The position numbers were made by a program, and so were the translations under genes. A stretch of 64,000 nucleotides of DNA from contig CAVRWF010000001.1 of NCBI GenBank assembly GCA_963724845.1, positions 843,720 to 907,719 on the forward strand, read 5' to 3'. Source of the DNA: an uncultured Alphaproteobacteria bacterium (GTDB lineage Bacteria; Pseudomonadota; Alphaproteobacteria; Rhizobiales; Beijerinckiaceae). The stretch's first letter is position 1, and each line of letters begins with the position of its first letter. This document shows positions 28,530 through 39,701 of the stretch, piece after piece. The notes under the pieces are model-generated. The model saw only the letters and a program-made list of their open reading frames with translations. It had not been told where the DNA came from and did no database searches.

Positions 28530-30728
28530 ATGACGGATCAACATCGCTCTCAGGAATCCACGAAGCCTGCAAAGGCGAAGTCGAAGGCAGGACGTTCCGG
28601 GCGTGTGCTTTCAGGTGAAGTCAAAATGCTCCTGAATTCCGGCGACGAACTCCAGGCCAATGAACACTCGATCGATGAGCTTTGCATCAACACGATCCGC
28701 ACCTTGTCTATGGATGCCGTGCAACAGGCGAATTCTGGGCATCCGGGAACACCGATGGCGATGGCTCCGGTGGCTTATACTTTATGGCAGAACTATCTGC
28801 GTTTTGACCCCGAAGATCCTATCTGGCCGAACCGTGACCGCTTTGTCCTGTCCGCCGGGCACGCATCCATGCTGCTATATGCGATTCTGCATTTGACTGG
28901 CGTTAAAGCAGTTGACGCCAAATACGAACGCTTGGGCGAACTCTCTGTCACACTCGATGATATAAAACGCTTTCGTCAGCTCGGCAGCAAGTGTACAGGC
29001 CATCCCGAATACCGCCTCACCTCCGGAGTCGAAACCACGACCGGGCCATTGGGACAGGGTTGTGCCACCAGCGTAGGCATGGCGATAGCGGCGAAATGGG
29101 CTGCACAACATTTCAACCGGCCGGATTTCACGATATTCGACTATGACGTTTATGTGTTGTGCAGCGACGGCGACATGATGGAGGGCGTGGCGAGCGAGGG
29201 CGCATCGATCGCCGGCCATTTGATGCTGGGGAACCTGTGCTGGATTTACGACAGCAACCGCGTGACGATCGAAGGTCACACGGATCTCGCCTTTAGCGAC
29301 GACGTCGCCGCACGTTTCCTAGCCTATGGCTGGAATGTTTTGCGCGTCAGCGATGCGAACGACACGGAACGGCTGGCGCGGGCTATGGACAAATTCCGCC
29401 ACACCGAAGATGTGCCGACTCTGATCATAGTCGAGAGCCATATCGGGTATGGGGCTCCGCATAAGCATGACACCAGCGCTGCACACGGCGAACCGCTCGG
29501 CGAGGAAGAAATCCGACTTACGAAGCGTCGTTATGGCTGGCCAGAGGACGCGAAATTTCTTGTCCCGGATGGCGTGCGCGAGCATTTTCGGGCTGGCATG
29601 GGCAAGCGGGGTCGAAGCCTTCGCGAAAACTGGTTCGCCAAGCTGGACAATTACCGCGCACAATACCCGGAACTTGCCGACCAGCTCGAACGGATGCAGA
29701 AGCGCGCCCTCCCGGAAGGGTGGGACAAGGAGTTGCCTAGTTTTCCTGTTGACGCAAAGGGTCTGCCAAGCCGCGCCGCCTCTGGAAAAGTGCTAAACGC
29801 CATCGCGCCACGCTATCCCTGGCTCGTTGGCGGCGCCGCCGACCTTGGACCGTCGACCATGACCCGGCTTACCTTCGAGGGAGCAGGGGATTTCGAGGCG
29901 GACCACTATGGCGGACGTAACCTTCACTTCGGCATTCGCGAACATGGCATGGCGGCTGTTTTAAACGGGCTCGCTTTGTCAAAGATTCGCGCTTTCGGTT
30001 CGACTTACCTCATCTTCAGCGACTATTTAAAGCCGGCTCTGAGGTTGAGCGCTATAATGGAGATTCCAGTCATCTTCATCTTTACCCATGATTCAATCGG
30101 GGTAGGCGAAGACGGCCCAACTCACCAGCCGGTCGAGCAGCTTGTCTCACTGCGCGCAATTCCCGGAATGATCACATTGCGGCCCGCGGACGCGAACGAG
30201 GTGACCGAAGCCTGGCGTGTCATAGGGGTTCTGGAGCATCAGCCGGCTTGCCTGGTGTTGAGCCGTCAAGCGCTTCCCACGTTGGACCGCAAGCGTTATG
30301 CGCCGGCCGAAGGAGTTGCTCGTGGCGCCTATGTGCTGGCCGATGCGGAGAACGGCAAACCAGAGGTTTTGCTCATAGGCTCGGGCGGCGAGGTCGCCTT
30401 TTGCATCGATGCATATGAATCGCTCAAGAAGGATGGCATAGGCGCTCGAGTTGTCAGCATGCCGTCATGGGAGCTGTTTGAGCAGCAAGATTCGACCTAC
30501 CGAGATTATGTGCTTCCGCCTGAAGTCAAGGCCCGGGTTTCAGTCGAAGAAGGCTCGGTTCTGGGTTGGGACCGCTATGTTGGCGCGAGCGGCGCGACGA
30601 TAGGCATGCACACGTTTGGCTCCTCCGCGCCGCTTAAGGATCTCTTGACCAAGTTTGGCTTCACACCCGAGAAAATTCACTCCGCCGCAATGGAGCAGAT
30701 CGCCAAATGTAGGCGGGAGATGATCTGA
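28530..30728 (+). CDS. tkt: Transketolase
   Basis: Motifs: SMDAVQQANSGHPGTPM, GPLGQGCATSVGMA and the HDSIGVGEDGPTHQP TPP-binding segment. Start uncertain: ATG 28530 (SD GAGGGG) or ATG 28626 (SD GGTGA). Confidence 0.9.
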   Translation: MTDQHRSQESTKPAKAKSKAGRSGRVLSGEVKMLLNSGDELQANEHSIDELCINTIRTLSMDAVQQANSGHPGTPMAMAPVAYTLWQNYLRFDPEDPIWPNRDRFVLSAGHASMLLYAILHLTGVKAVDAKYERLGELSVTLDDIKRFRQLGSKCTGHPEYRLTSGVETTTGPLGQGCATSVGMAIAAKWAAQHFNRPDFTIFDYDVYVLCSDGDMMEGVASEGASIAGHLMLGNLCWIYDSNRVTIEGHTDLAFSDDVAARFLAYGWNVLRVSDANDTERLARAMDKFRHTEDVPTLIIVESHIGYGAPHKHDTSAAHGEPLGEEEIRLTKRRYGWPEDAKFLVPDGVREHFRAGMGKRGRSLRENWFAKLDNYRAQYPELADQLERMQKRALPEGWDKELPSFPVDAKGLPSRAASGKVLNAIAPRYPWLVGGAADLGPSTMTRLTFEGAGDFEADHYGGRNLHFGIREHGMAAVLNGLALSKIRAFGSTYLIFSDYLKPALRLSAIMEIPVIFIFTHDSIGVGEDGPTHQPVEQLVSLRAIPGMITLRPADANEVTEAWRVIGVLEHQPACLVLSRQALPTLDRKRYAPAEGVARGAYVLADAENGKPEVLLIGSGGEVAFCIDAYESLKKDGIGARVVSMPSWELFEQQDSTYRDYVLPPEVKARVSVEEGSVLGWDRYVGASGATIGMHTFGSSAPLKDLLTKFGFTPEKIHSAAMEQIAKCRREMI

Positions 30729-30800
30729 ATCCTTTCTGCCTCGTTTTGAAAGGGGCAGGATAGGGTTCGATCAATTTGGGTGTCGTTTCGAGAATGCGTG

Positions 30801-32324
30801 ATGTCGACACAAGCGAAGGTTCCTGATCCCTGCATCCTCGTCATATTCGGCGCGACGGGGGACCTCACGAAACGTCTGCTTGTACCGGCTTTGTGCAATC
30901 TGAAACGAGCCAAACTTCTACCAGAGCGCTTCGCTCTCATAGGGGTCTCGCGCGCCGACAAAACCGACGAAACTTTCCGTCGCGATCTTTGTGCAGCTTT
31001 GAATGAATTTGTCTCTTGCAGGGTTACGTCCGGCGAAGAGCAATGGTTTGCAGAACGCGCGCGCTATCTACGGGGCGACTTTGATGACTCTTCCACATAT
31101 AAGGCGCTGGCGCGACTTTTGAGTGAAATGAGCGAGAAGTATAGCGTCGGGGATAATTGCTTGTTTTATCTTGCAACTCCGGCGAGTGTTTTCTCAACCA
31201 TTGTGCGTCGCCTCGGTGAGGCCGAACTCGTGCGTGAGGATGGTAATTTTTGGCGCCGGGTAATTATCGAGAAGCCATTCGGTTCTGACCTCAGCTCAGC
31301 GCAAGCGCTCAACCGCGACATCCTCGCAGTATTAGCTGAAACACAAATTTATCGCATCGATCATTACCTTGGAAAAGAAACGGTTCAGAACATCATGGTC
31401 CTTCGTTTCGCGAACGGACTTTTCGAACCGCTTTGGAACCGCGATCACATTGATCATGTGCAGATTACCGTGGCGGAGACTGTCGGGGTCGAGCGACGCG
31501 GAGCGTTCTACGATGCTACCGGTGCTCTGCGAGACATGGTGCCAAACCATCTCTTTCAACTGCTCACGCTTGCCGCGATGGAGCCGCCGACGTGTTTTGA
31601 CGCTGATGCTTTGCGGTCGGAAAAGGCGAAGGTGCTGGACGCTGTCCACTATTTCGATTGCGATGACGCACGGAAGAACGTGGTGCGCGCGCAATATGGC
31701 GCCGGCGCGATCCGCGGAGAACCCGTTGTTCCATACCGGAGTGCGCCCAATGTCGCGCCAAATTCGGTTACGGAAACCTATGTCGCACTCAAGCTGATGA
31801 TCGACAATTGGCGTTGGGTTGGTGTGCCTTTTTATTTGCGGACAGGCAAGGCGCTGGCCGCACAGCACACTGAGATTTCGATCCAGTTCAAGCAGGCCCC
31901 ATTGACACTTTTTCGTGACACGCCGGTGGAGCGCTTAACGCCGAACGACCTGGTGCTGCATATCCAGCCCGATGAGGCCGTCACCCTGTTGTTCGGCGCC
32001 AAGATGCCAGGACCGAATATGCGTATATCCGGGGTCGAGATGAAGTTTAATTACGAGGATTATTTCAAAGTTCCGGCGAGCACCGGCTACGAAACGCTGG
32101 TCTATGACAGTATGGTAGGCGACGCGTCGTTATTCCAGCGCGCCGACAACATTGAGGCGGGATGGCGCGTGGTGCAGCCTGTTCTCGACGCCTGGGCTCA
32201 GGACCACGTGTCAGAACTGCCGATCTATCCAGCGGGCGGCGAAGGACCGAGAGAGGCTGATGCGCTTGTGGAGCGTGATGGCCGGCGCTGGCGTTCTATT
32301 GGCGAACATGGAAAATCGGCATGA
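30801..32324 (+). CDS. zwf: Glucose-6-phosphate 1-dehydrogenase
   Basis: Motifs: [21 protein letters not shown] and EKPFG. Confidence 0.9.
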   Translation: MSTQAKVPDPCILVIFGATGDLTKRLLVPALCNLKRAKLLPERFALIGVSRADKTDETFRRDLCAALNEFVSCRVTSGEEQWFAERARYLRGDFDDSSTYKALARLLSEMSEKYSVGDNCLFYLATPASVFSTIVRRLGEAELVREDGNFWRRVIIEKPFGSDLSSAQALNRDILAVLAETQIYRIDHYLGKETVQNIMVLRFANGLFEPLWNRDHIDHVQITVAETVGVERRGAFYDATGALRDMVPNHLFQLLTLAAMEPPTCFDADALRSEKAKVLDAVHYFDCDDARKNVVRAQYGAGAIRGEPVVPYRSAPNVAPNSVTETYVALKLMIDNWRWVGVPFYLRTGKALAAQHTEISIQFKQAPLTLFRDTPVERLTPNDLVLHIQPDEAVTLLFGAKMPGPNMRISGVEMKFNYEDYFKVPASTGYETLVYDSMVGDASLFQRADNIEAGWRVVQPVLDAWAQDHVSELPIYPAGGEGPREADALVERDGRRWRSIGEHGKSA

Positions 32325-33940
32325 GTTCCCATGAGTGTTGCCCAGCGAACCGGATATCAGCCTTAATATCTGACGTCGACGGCACTCTAGTGACTGACGA
32401 CAAAGTTCTGACCGAGCGCACGCTCGCTGCGGTGAATGAGCTTCGGTCTGCCCTTATCGCTTTCACCATCATCAGCAGTCGCTCCCCGCGCGGCTTGCGC
32501 GGGTTGATCAACTCACTACACATCACCACACCGATTGCGGCTTTCAACGGCGGTGCAATTTTAGCGCCGGACGCGTCTGTAATTGAAGAGCATGTTCTTT
32601 CGCCAGAGCTAGCTCGGCAAGCCCTGAACTTGCTATCCAGCTACGGAGTTGAAGTCTGGCTTTTTAGCGGAGTGGATTGGCTCGCTCGCAGTCTAAGCAG
32701 TCCTTATGTCGATTTGGAAAAGCGGTCGGTGGGCTTCGAGCCAACCGTGGTCGACGAATTCGGGGAAGCGCTTGACCGCGCCTACAAGATCGTCGGCGTC
32801 AGTGACGACTTTTCGCTTTTGTCCCGCTGCGAAGGTGATATTCGCAGGGTATTTGCGGACAGGGCGTCGGTCGCGCGATCTCAGCGATATTATCTCGACA
32901 TCACCGATCTAAAAGCGAACAAGGGAACGGCTGTGCTCACGCTGTCGAAATTGCTCGGGATCCCGGTAACGGAGATCGCGGTCATTGGCGATGGCGCCAA
33001 CGACATCGCGATGTTCAAGCGAAGTGGTCTCAGCATCGCAATGGGAAACGCCGCACCCGAAGTTCAGTCAGCGGCAAACCTCGTGGCTGACAGCAATCAA
33101 AAGGAGGGTTTCTCTATGGCTGTCGAGCGCTTCATTCTTGGCGACGCGCACAGTGCCGAAGAGCGGCAGACGCAAACTTCCAGCCCGCCACGAGCCAGGT
33201 TTGAGATCATGGTCGACAAGGAAGCCCTTGCGCGTCGCGCCGCCGAATGGCTGCTTGCTCTCGCCGTTGCAAAGAGCGGAATCTTCACTATTGCACTTTC
33301 CGGAGGCAGCACTCCGCGCGGGCTATATGAGCTGTTAGCGGAACCACCGTACCGAGACAATTTTCCGTGGGATCGCACGCACTGGTTTTGGGGCGATGAG
33401 CGATTCGTTCCCCGGAACGATCAGCGGAGCAATTACCGGATGGTTCGGGAGGCGCTGTTGACGCGCGCCCCAATTCCAGCCGCTAATATCCACCCAATTG
33501 ACACCGATTATCCAACGGTTGAGGCAGCGGCGGTCGCATATGAGAAAACGCTACAATCATTCTATGGCGCGAGCAGTTTGGATTCGAACCGACCCTTGTT
33601 TGACGCAACTCTGCTCGGGCTTGGACCGGATGGGCACACCGCGTCGCTGTTTCCTGGATCTTCGGCGTTGGACGAACGCAACAGATGGGTCGCTGCTGTT
33701 CTCGACGGCGGACCGGAGCCTCGCATTACGCTGACTTATCCCACTTTGGAGAGTAGTCGTCGCACAGCTTTTCTGGTTGCTGGAACGGATAAGCGGGAGA
33801 TCTTCCAGCACCTTCGATCCGGAGATCGGCAAATTCCTGCCGGGCGCTTCCAACCGGTGGGCGCCGTGTGCTGGTTTGTCGATAAGGCCGCCGCTGGCGA
33901 TAGCGGCGTAGCAGAAAGTAGTTCGATCTTTAATCGCTGA
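32321..33940 (+). CDS. pgl: Fusion protein: Cof-type HAD-IIB phosphatase (N-terminal about 270 aa) plus 6-phosphogluconolactonase (C-terminal about 240 aa)
   Basis: A single uninterrupted 539-aa ORF. HAD motifs are ISDVDGTL (motif I) and [10 protein letters not shown] (motif IV). The Pgl part has [20 protein letters not shown] and [16 protein letters not shown]. The ATG overlaps the zwf stop (ATGA at 32321-32324). Confidence 0.8.
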   Translation: MSSHECCPANRISALISDVDGTLVTDDKVLTERTLAAVNELRSALIAFTIISSRSPRGLRGLINSLHITTPIAAFNGGAILAPDASVIEEHVLSPELARQALNLLSSYGVEVWLFSGVDWLARSLSSPYVDLEKRSVGFEPTVVDEFGEALDRAYKIVGVSDDFSLLSRCEGDIRRVFADRASVARSQRYYLDITDLKANKGTAVLTLSKLLGIPVTEIAVIGDGANDIAMFKRSGLSIAMGNAAPEVQSAANLVADSNQKEGFSMAVERFILGDAHSAEERQTQTSSPPRARFEIMVDKEALARRAAEWLLALAVAKSGIFTIALSGGSTPRGLYELLAEPPYRDNFPWDRTHWFWGDERFVPRNDQRSNYRMVREALLTRAPIPAANIHPIDTDYPTVEAAAVAYEKTLQSFYGASSLDSNRPLFDATLLGLGPDGHTASLFPGSSALDERNRWVAAVLDGGPEPRITLTYPTLESSRRTAFLVAGTDKREIFQHLRSGDRQIPAGRFQPVGAVCWFVDKAAAGDSGVAESSSIFNR

Positions 33941-34097
33941 TTTTGTCTGTCGAGCAATGGTGTTAAAACGTGCTGCGACGGTTTAATGCGGCGCTTTTGG
34001 GTCAACCAAAGGGAAGCAGACCAGCCTGAACGCAAGCGAAGGGTTCTCCCTCGCGTTCCGTTCGATTGACGCTTGAATCGATTGATGCTTGAACCAT

Positions 34098-34805
34098 TCA
34101 TCGAAGCGCGTTCTTTGTTGCAATACAGCTGGCGTCGCGGATGCCTGCAATCGCCGCCGCGTAATCGTCTGATCCAAAGATGGCCGTGCCTGCCACTATA
34201 GCGTTCGCCCCCGCACTGCATGCTCGTCCAGCGCTTTCACAGTTCTGGCCCCCGTCAACCTCGATAAACGGTTCAAAACCGCGCGCGTCGCATAGCTTGC
34301 GTATTTTGCGGATCTTGGGGAGCATTTCCGACAAGAATTGCTGTCCGCCAAATCCAGGATTGACGGTCATGACCATGACGACTTCGCAAAGGTGCAGCAC
34401 ATATTCGATCAGCTCTACCGGGGTCGCGGGATCGAGCACAACGCCACATTTCATCCCCATTTCCCGGATTTGTGAAAGAGTTTTGTGGAGATGAATTGTC
34501 GAGGAAGGCTCTGCCTGGATCAGCAGATGGTCTGCTCCGGCTTTGGCGAAGGCGGCTAGATAGCGTTCGGGCTCGATAACCATCAAATGCACATTAAGCG
34601 GCTTTTGCGTACAACGGCGAACCGCCTCGACCACTTTAGGACCCATGGTGATATTAGGGACAAATCGCCCATCCATGACATCGATATGGATCCAGTCGGC
34701 TCCAGCCGCATCGACCGTACGGATTTCCTCGCCAAGCCTAGTGAAGTCAGCCGACAATATCGAGGGCGCAACCACGATTGAACTCTGTGACGCGACTCTG
34801 ATCAT
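34098..34805 (-). CDS. rpe: Ribulose-phosphate 3-epimerase
   Basis: Motifs: APSILSADF, HIDVMDGRFVPN, MTVNPGFGGQ and VDGG. The ATG overlaps the upstream HAD stop (ATGA). Confidence 0.9.
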   Translation of the reverse strand: MIRVASQSSIVVAPSILSADFTRLGEEIRTVDAAGADWIHIDVMDGRFVPNITMGPKVVEAVRRCTQKPLNVHLMVIEPERYLAAFAKAGADHLLIQAEPSSTIHLHKTLSQIREMGMKCGVVLDPATPVELIEYVLHLCEVVMVMTVNPGFGGQQFLSEMLPKIRKIRKLCDARGFEPFIEVDGGQNCESAGRACSAGANAIVAGTAIFGSDDYAAAIAGIRDASCIATKNALR

Positions 34806-35794
34806 GTCTGTTTACGTTCCGCGCTTTTCTCACCGTGACAAGAGTTAGTTTGGTGGCTGGTCCTTGTATGAGCCGCGTAATGCGATCGCAGGTCATCCAG
34901 ACGCAACAGTAGTTCATGCACGGCTTTGGCGAAGCCATCGTTTTCATTGCTGTCAGTCACCACATCTGCCCGCGCCTTTACCTCGTCGTTTGCGTTAGCC
35001 ATAGCGATGGAGAAGCCACTCTTGCAGAACATCGGAATGTCTGTCGGCATGTCTCCTATTGTAGCAATCTGCTCCAAGGGGATGCTCAGCAGATTCGACA
35101 GAGTCTGCACGACCATTCCCTTATTGGCCTGCGGATGGGTTACGTCGAGATAGTAAGGCTGGGAACACGCGGCGTTTGCCTTCGGACCTAGGGTGTTTTG
35201 CACGGCCTTGGCGCAGGCTGCGACAAGCTCAAAGTCGTCAGAAACGCCGACGATCTTCACTGCCTCCGACAATTGTGCATCGGAAAAGCGCTCTACAGTT
35301 TCTGGATCAAATTTCACCGTCCATGCTTCACGCGCTACATGTGGAGCATTCGCGTTGCGGATGAGCCATTCATTCCCCGTATAGATCCATGCGTCAAGTC
35401 CTTGATCTATCATCAGCGTAAGGGTCTGTTTCGCCGCCGCAGGATCGAGAGTGAAGCTGCTGACGACCGAGAAGTCAGGATTTACGAGCAGGCCTCCGTT
35501 GAAACCTGCGATGACGGTATCAAGAGCGAGAGGCTTGATCAGCATTTTCATGCCGCGCGGCGGGCGACCGCTTGTGATCGCCAATCTAACGCCAGCGCGG
35601 CGAAGTTGACCCGAGGCTTCCTTCGCTTCTTCAGTCAACACTTTTTCTTGTGTTAGCAGCGTGCCGTCAACGTCAGCAAGCAGTAAGCGGATGTCGTGTT
35701 GAAGGGTCTTGAATCGCGCTCCCCTATAGCTATCGTTTGGGGCGGGACCCTTTTTGCCATCCTGGCGTCGCCTCTGCGGAAAGTCCATGGCCAT
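34802..35794 (-). CDS. Cof-type HAD-IIB family hydrolase (paralog of the N-terminal half of 32321-33940)
   Basis: Contains LADVDGTLL, ITSGRPPRG, YYLDVTHPQANKG and GDMPTDIPMF. It aligns by eye with the fusion protein (IAGFNGG / [16 protein letters not shown] in both). Confidence 0.8.
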   Translation of the reverse strand: MAMDFPQRRRQDGKKGPAPNDSYRGARFKTLQHDIRLLLADVDGTLLTQEKVLTEEAKEASGQLRRAGVRLAITSGRPPRGMKMLIKPLALDTVIAGFNGGLLVNPDFSVVSSFTLDPAAAKQTLTLMIDQGLDAWIYTGNEWLIRNANAPHVAREAWTVKFDPETVERFSDAQLSEAVKIVGVSDDFELVAACAKAVQNTLGPKANAACSQPYYLDVTHPQANKGMVVQTLSNLLSIPLEQIATIGDMPTDIPMFCKSGFSIAMANANDEVKARADVVTDSNENDGFAKAVHELLLRLDDLRSHYAAHTRTSHQTNSCHGEKSAERKQT

Positions 35795-35803
35795 TGCTCC
35801 GCG

Positions 35804-36844
35804 CTACTTTGTTGGGCTTTGGTCCACGGAATTTGCTGATGTCGCATTCGATTCAGGAACAGGCAAACTACCACCCTCCAGGTGACCGCCGAACTCAAAA
35901 CGCAAGGCGGACAATATCTTTTCTCCAAATGTGTGCTCACGCCGCGAACCGAATCGCGCGTACAGCGCCGCAGACAGGACATTCGCCGCCACTGATTCCT
36001 CAATTGCTGCTTCAATTGTCCAGCGACCTTCGCCGGAATCTTGAACAAAGCCGCTGTAACGACCCAGTTGCGGGTCCTGCGCGAGCGCAGCGGCGCCAAG
36101 GTCGAGCAGCCATGAGGAAATAACGCTGCCTCGACGCCAGACCTCGGCAATGTCCGGAAGGTTGAGTTCGAAACGCTCGTGCTCGGGCAAATCGCTCGAC
36201 GCCTTATTGCGCAGGATATCGAACCCCTCGGCATAAGCCTGCATTAATCCGTATTCGATGCCGTTATGAACCATTTTGACAAAATGACCCGCGCCTGAGG
36301 GGCCAGCATGGATATATCCGCGCTCAGCCCGCTTATCAGTCGATCGCCGGTCGGGGGTACGCGGAATATCTCCCGTGCCGGGAGCTAGAGCGTCGAAGAT
36401 GGGGTCGAGATAATCGATTACGTCTTTTGGGCCACCGATCATCATGCAATAGCCGCGATCGAGGCCCCACACGCCACCCGAAGTTCCACAATCGACATAG
36501 CGAATTCCCTTATGGCTCAGTTTTTCGGCGCGGCGAATATCGTCTTTGTAAAACGAGTTGCCGCCATCAATAAGGATATCTTCTGGCTCTAACAGTCGAC
36601 CAAGAGCCTCCACGGTTTCTTCAGTGATTTGGCCGGCTGGCAACATCAACCATATCGCGCGCGGGTTCTCGCGAAGCGACCTGGAAAGTTGCTCGAGCGA
36701 ACCTGCTTCGGCGGCCCCAAACTTGGCCAGCGTCTCGCGAGCCTGAGCGTCTACATCGAACACCACGCAACTATGCCCCGCCTTTATCAGGCGGCGACAA
36801 ATATTACCTCCCATGCGGCCTAGCCCGACGATGCCGATCTCCAT
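35804..36844 (-). CDS. gnd: 6-phosphogluconate dehydrogenase, decarboxylating (short Gnd/YqeC-like form)
   Basis: Has the [11 protein letters not shown] Rossmann motif plus [14 protein letters not shown] and DSGEGRWT, typical of 6PGDH. Confidence 0.85.
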   Translation of the reverse strand: MEIGIVGLGRMGGNICRRLIKAGHSCVVFDVDAQARETLAKFGAAEAGSLEQLSRSLRENPRAIWLMLPAGQITEETVEALGRLLEPEDILIDGGNSFYKDDIRRAEKLSHKGIRYVDCGTSGGVWGLDRGYCMMIGGPKDVIDYLDPIFDALAPGTGDIPRTPDRRSTDKRAERGYIHAGPSGAGHFVKMVHNGIEYGLMQAYAEGFDILRNKASSDLPEHERFELNLPDIAEVWRRGSVISSWLLDLGAAALAQDPQLGRYSGFVQDSGEGRWTIEAAIEESVAANVLSAALYARFGSRREHTFGEKILSALRFEFGGHLEGGSLPVPESNATSANSVDQSPTK

Positions 36845-36869
36845 GGTTTTACTCCTTGGAATCTCGCAG

Positions 36870-39701
36870 CTACTGCAAAGCGCTTTCTACCGCCCGGGCC
36901 AGTGTTGGAAGTCCCGTCTCGACATCCTCCAGATGAATGCGCAAAGCGCGCCGCCCTCGCTCGACCAGCACTTCAAGATCGCTCCGCGCCTGCGCCGCCT
37001 TGACAACTCCAAAGCTGTAGTGGTGTCCGGGCACCGTGATGTTTTTCGGATCGTCGCACGTAAGCTGCAAGAATACTCCCGAATTAGGGCCTCCCTTATA
37101 AGCCTGCCCCGTCGAATGTTGGAAGCGAGGTCCAAAGCCTAGGCATGTCGCGGCGCGGGTTTTGTCGCGCAGACGCTCGCGTATTGCGGCCAGCATTCGG
37201 CTATGCTTATCATTGCGCTCCACATAAGCCAGCAAGGCTAGATAATCAGTCCCTCCGCGTGCGCGCGCGATATGATTACGCAAATAGCCGGATAACGTGT
37301 TGCTTCGGCCGAGTTCCTCAGCGTTGCGCGGGTCGGCGTAGAGCGCAACGCCATTTTCGCGATATATGGGCTCGTCCCGGGGGAGAGACTGAGACGCCTC
37401 AAATTGCTCAGTCAGTGTGCGGGTCCTGCTCTTGCTTGCCTCGACATCTGGCTGATCATATGGGTTGACGCCGATAATGGCGCTCGCCACCGCAGTGGCG
37501 ATTTCCCAGCGGAAGAATTCCCGGCCGAGTCGCCAAACATCTTTGATGCTTATGTGGGCTACTGGATGGCCCGCGTGCTCTAGCGCCTTCATCGCTTGGC
37601 GCATCGCTGGATCTATTCGCCCGTCGAGTTCCAAAAACACAAAAAAGCGATCGTCCGAATAGCGGTCGGGAGTTGCCACCGGCTCTCCGACTACAGGAAT
37701 CAATCCTCGACCCTGCTTGCCAGTGCTCTCCGCGAGAAGCTGCTCCAACCAAGCGCCAAAGGGTGCGATCGGTTCGGAAGCTATGATTGTTATCTTGTCA
37801 CGGCTAAAGCGCGTCGCTGCGATGCCAATGGCGACGCCCAGCTTCACCCCCGGGTTTTCCTTCGGCGGAACATCGGGTCCGCAGGCGCGCTGCATAGGAC
37901 GTGTCGTCTCCAGAAGGCGTTTGACATCTAGGCCCATGGCCGCGGCAGGTGCGAGACCGAATTTCGAAAGCACCGAATAACGCCCGCCAATCGAGGGCGC
38001 GCCAAAAAAAACATTGGCGAAGTTCAGTTCTTTAGCCCGATGTTCCAGCGAGGAGCCCGGATCGGTGATTGCGACGAATTGCTCACCCGCCTTGTCGTCG
38101 CCTCTTTGACTAGCGACGCGATCGAAAAAATAATCCAGCAGGATATTTGGCTCCAAGGTGCTTCCGGATTTGGACGAGACGATAAACATCGCTTTTGGCA
38201 AATTAATCGCCTGCTCTGTTGTCTCAATCTGTGCCGGGTCGGTGCTATCAAGCATATGAAAGCGTGGCCAATGGGACTGACGGCCGAAGATTTCACTCAG
38301 CACTTCTGGCCCCAGGCTGGAGCCGCCCATTCCCAACAGGAGCACATCTTCAATCCCGCGATGTCTAATCTGGTTCACAAACGCCTGCACCACGTCGAGT
38401 TCCGCCAACTCCTTCTCGACGATGCGCAGCCAGCCAATCCATTTATTCTCGTTCGTTCCAGTCCAAAGCGATTTGTCTCCGGCCCATAAGCGGCGTATGC
38501 GCCCCTCCTTGCGCCATGCCTCCAGCTCGCTCTCGATCGCCGCCGTGATTTCTAGGGAAGTTGTTTTGATTTCCAGGGGATCATCGCCGCCCTCATGCAA
38601 ATCGCTGCGTTTCTGCGCAATCGCGCCCAATAGTTTGTCGAATGCGTCTGAGAACTTTTGTACGCCGTCCTCGACCAGTTCCTGTGTTATTTCTTTTAGC
38701 GAAACGCCTTGTTCCTCAAGAGTTGCAAGTGTCGTCCAGGCATCGCCAACATTTCGCGTTATGGTGTTCGCAGTCGCTTTACCGTGGTCGCGAAATGCCT
38801 CCATCGTCGCGGGCGGCATAGTGTTCACGGTGTCAGAGCCTATCAGCTCGTCGACATACCGAGTGTCTGGATAGGAGGGATCTTTTGTTCCGGTCGAGGC
38901 CCAGAGCAGGCGCTGCCGCTTGGCGCCCAACGATGCAAGTAAGCGCCAACGAGGAGAAGAGAACAGCGCCTCGTATCGACTGTAAGCAATCTTTGCATTG
39001 GCGATCGCCGCTCTGCCACGCAAGCGTTTCGCCACCTCCCTGTCGCTGATTTGTTCGAGTCGCTTGTCGACCGCCGTGTCGATGCGGCTGACAAAGAAAC
39101 TCGCGACGCTTGCAACTTTCGAAACATCGCCGCCGCCTTGTTTCAAATCTTCCAGACCGGACATATAGGCATCGACAACCTGTTCGTATACGTCCACGGA
39201 AAACAGCAAAGTTACGTTGATGTTCACTCCCTTGCCGATCAATACACGAATCGCAGGAATACCGGCCGCCGTCGCAGGCACCTTCACCATCAGATTGGGA
39301 CGATCGACGGCCGCCCACAATCGCAGCGCTTCATCGACTGTTGCGGCGGTATTTTTAGCTACATAGGGCGAGCATTCCAGGCTGATGAATCCATCCGCGC
39401 CTCGTTTTTGCAGGTAAATCGAATGCAAAACGTCGGCCGCACTGCGTATGTCGGTAATAGCCAAGTGCTCGTAGATTTCGGAGATTGAATGGTCGGCTTG
39501 CTCCTGGAACGTTTTAATGGCGCCGTAATATTCATCGCTTTCGCCAATCGCCTTCTCGAAGATGGACGGATTCGAAGTTATACCCTTGAGCCCGTCGCTC
39601 TCGATAAGGTTGTGGAGGTCCCCGCTTTCAATCAGGCTGCGCTTGAGATAGTCAAGCCAGACAGATTGCCCAAATTGTTCCAGTTGTTGCAGGGCATTCA
39701 T
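36870..39701 (-). CDS. Bifunctional transaldolase / glucose-6-phosphate isomerase
   Basis: 943 aa. The N-terminal transaldolase has [17 protein letters not shown] and MVKVPAT. The C-terminal PGI has a SIS-like region ([23 protein letters not shown]). This fusion type is known from other proteobacteria. Confidence 0.9.
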   Translation of the reverse strand: MNALQQLEQFGQSVWLDYLKRSLIESGDLHNLIESDGLKGITSNPSIFEKAIGESDEYYGAIKTFQEQADHSISEIYEHLAITDIRSAADVLHSIYLQKRGADGFISLECSPYVAKNTAATVDEALRLWAAVDRPNLMVKVPATAAGIPAIRVLIGKGVNINVTLLFSVDVYEQVVDAYMSGLEDLKQGGGDVSKVASVASFFVSRIDTAVDKRLEQISDREVAKRLRGRAAIANAKIAYSRYEALFSSPRWRLLASLGAKRQRLLWASTGTKDPSYPDTRYVDELIGSDTVNTMPPATMEAFRDHGKATANTITRNVGDAWTTLATLEEQGVSLKEITQELVEDGVQKFSDAFDKLLGAIAQKRSDLHEGGDDPLEIKTTSLEITAAIESELEAWRKEGRIRRLWAGDKSLWTGTNENKWIGWLRIVEKELAELDVVQAFVNQIRHRGIEDVLLLGMGGSSLGPEVLSEIFGRQSHWPRFHMLDSTDPAQIETTEQAINLPKAMFIVSSKSGSTLEPNILLDYFFDRVASQRGDDKAGEQFVAITDPGSSLEHRAKELNFANVFFGAPSIGGRYSVLSKFGLAPAAAMGLDVKRLLETTRPMQRACGPDVPPKENPGVKLGVAIGIAATRFSRDKITIIASEPIAPFGAWLEQLLAESTGKQGRGLIPVVGEPVATPDRYSDDRFFVFLELDGRIDPAMRQAMKALEHAGHPVAHISIKDVWRLGREFFRWEIATAVASAIIGVNPYDQPDVEASKSRTRTLTEQFEASQSLPRDEPIYRENGVALYADPRNAEELGRSNTLSGYLRNHIARARGGTDYLALLAYVERNDKHSRMLAAIRERLRDKTRAATCLGFGPRFQHSTGQAYKGGPNSGVFLQLTCDDPKNITVPGHHYSFGVVKAAQARSDLEVLVERGRRALRIHLEDVETGLPTLARAVESALQ

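Noticed and set aside
38833-39318. 161-aa minus-strand ORF and several plus-strand ORFs within 36887-39728
   Set aside because: They are alternative frames or antisense to the 943-aa transaldolase/PGI gene. They are Arg-rich and no family was recognised.
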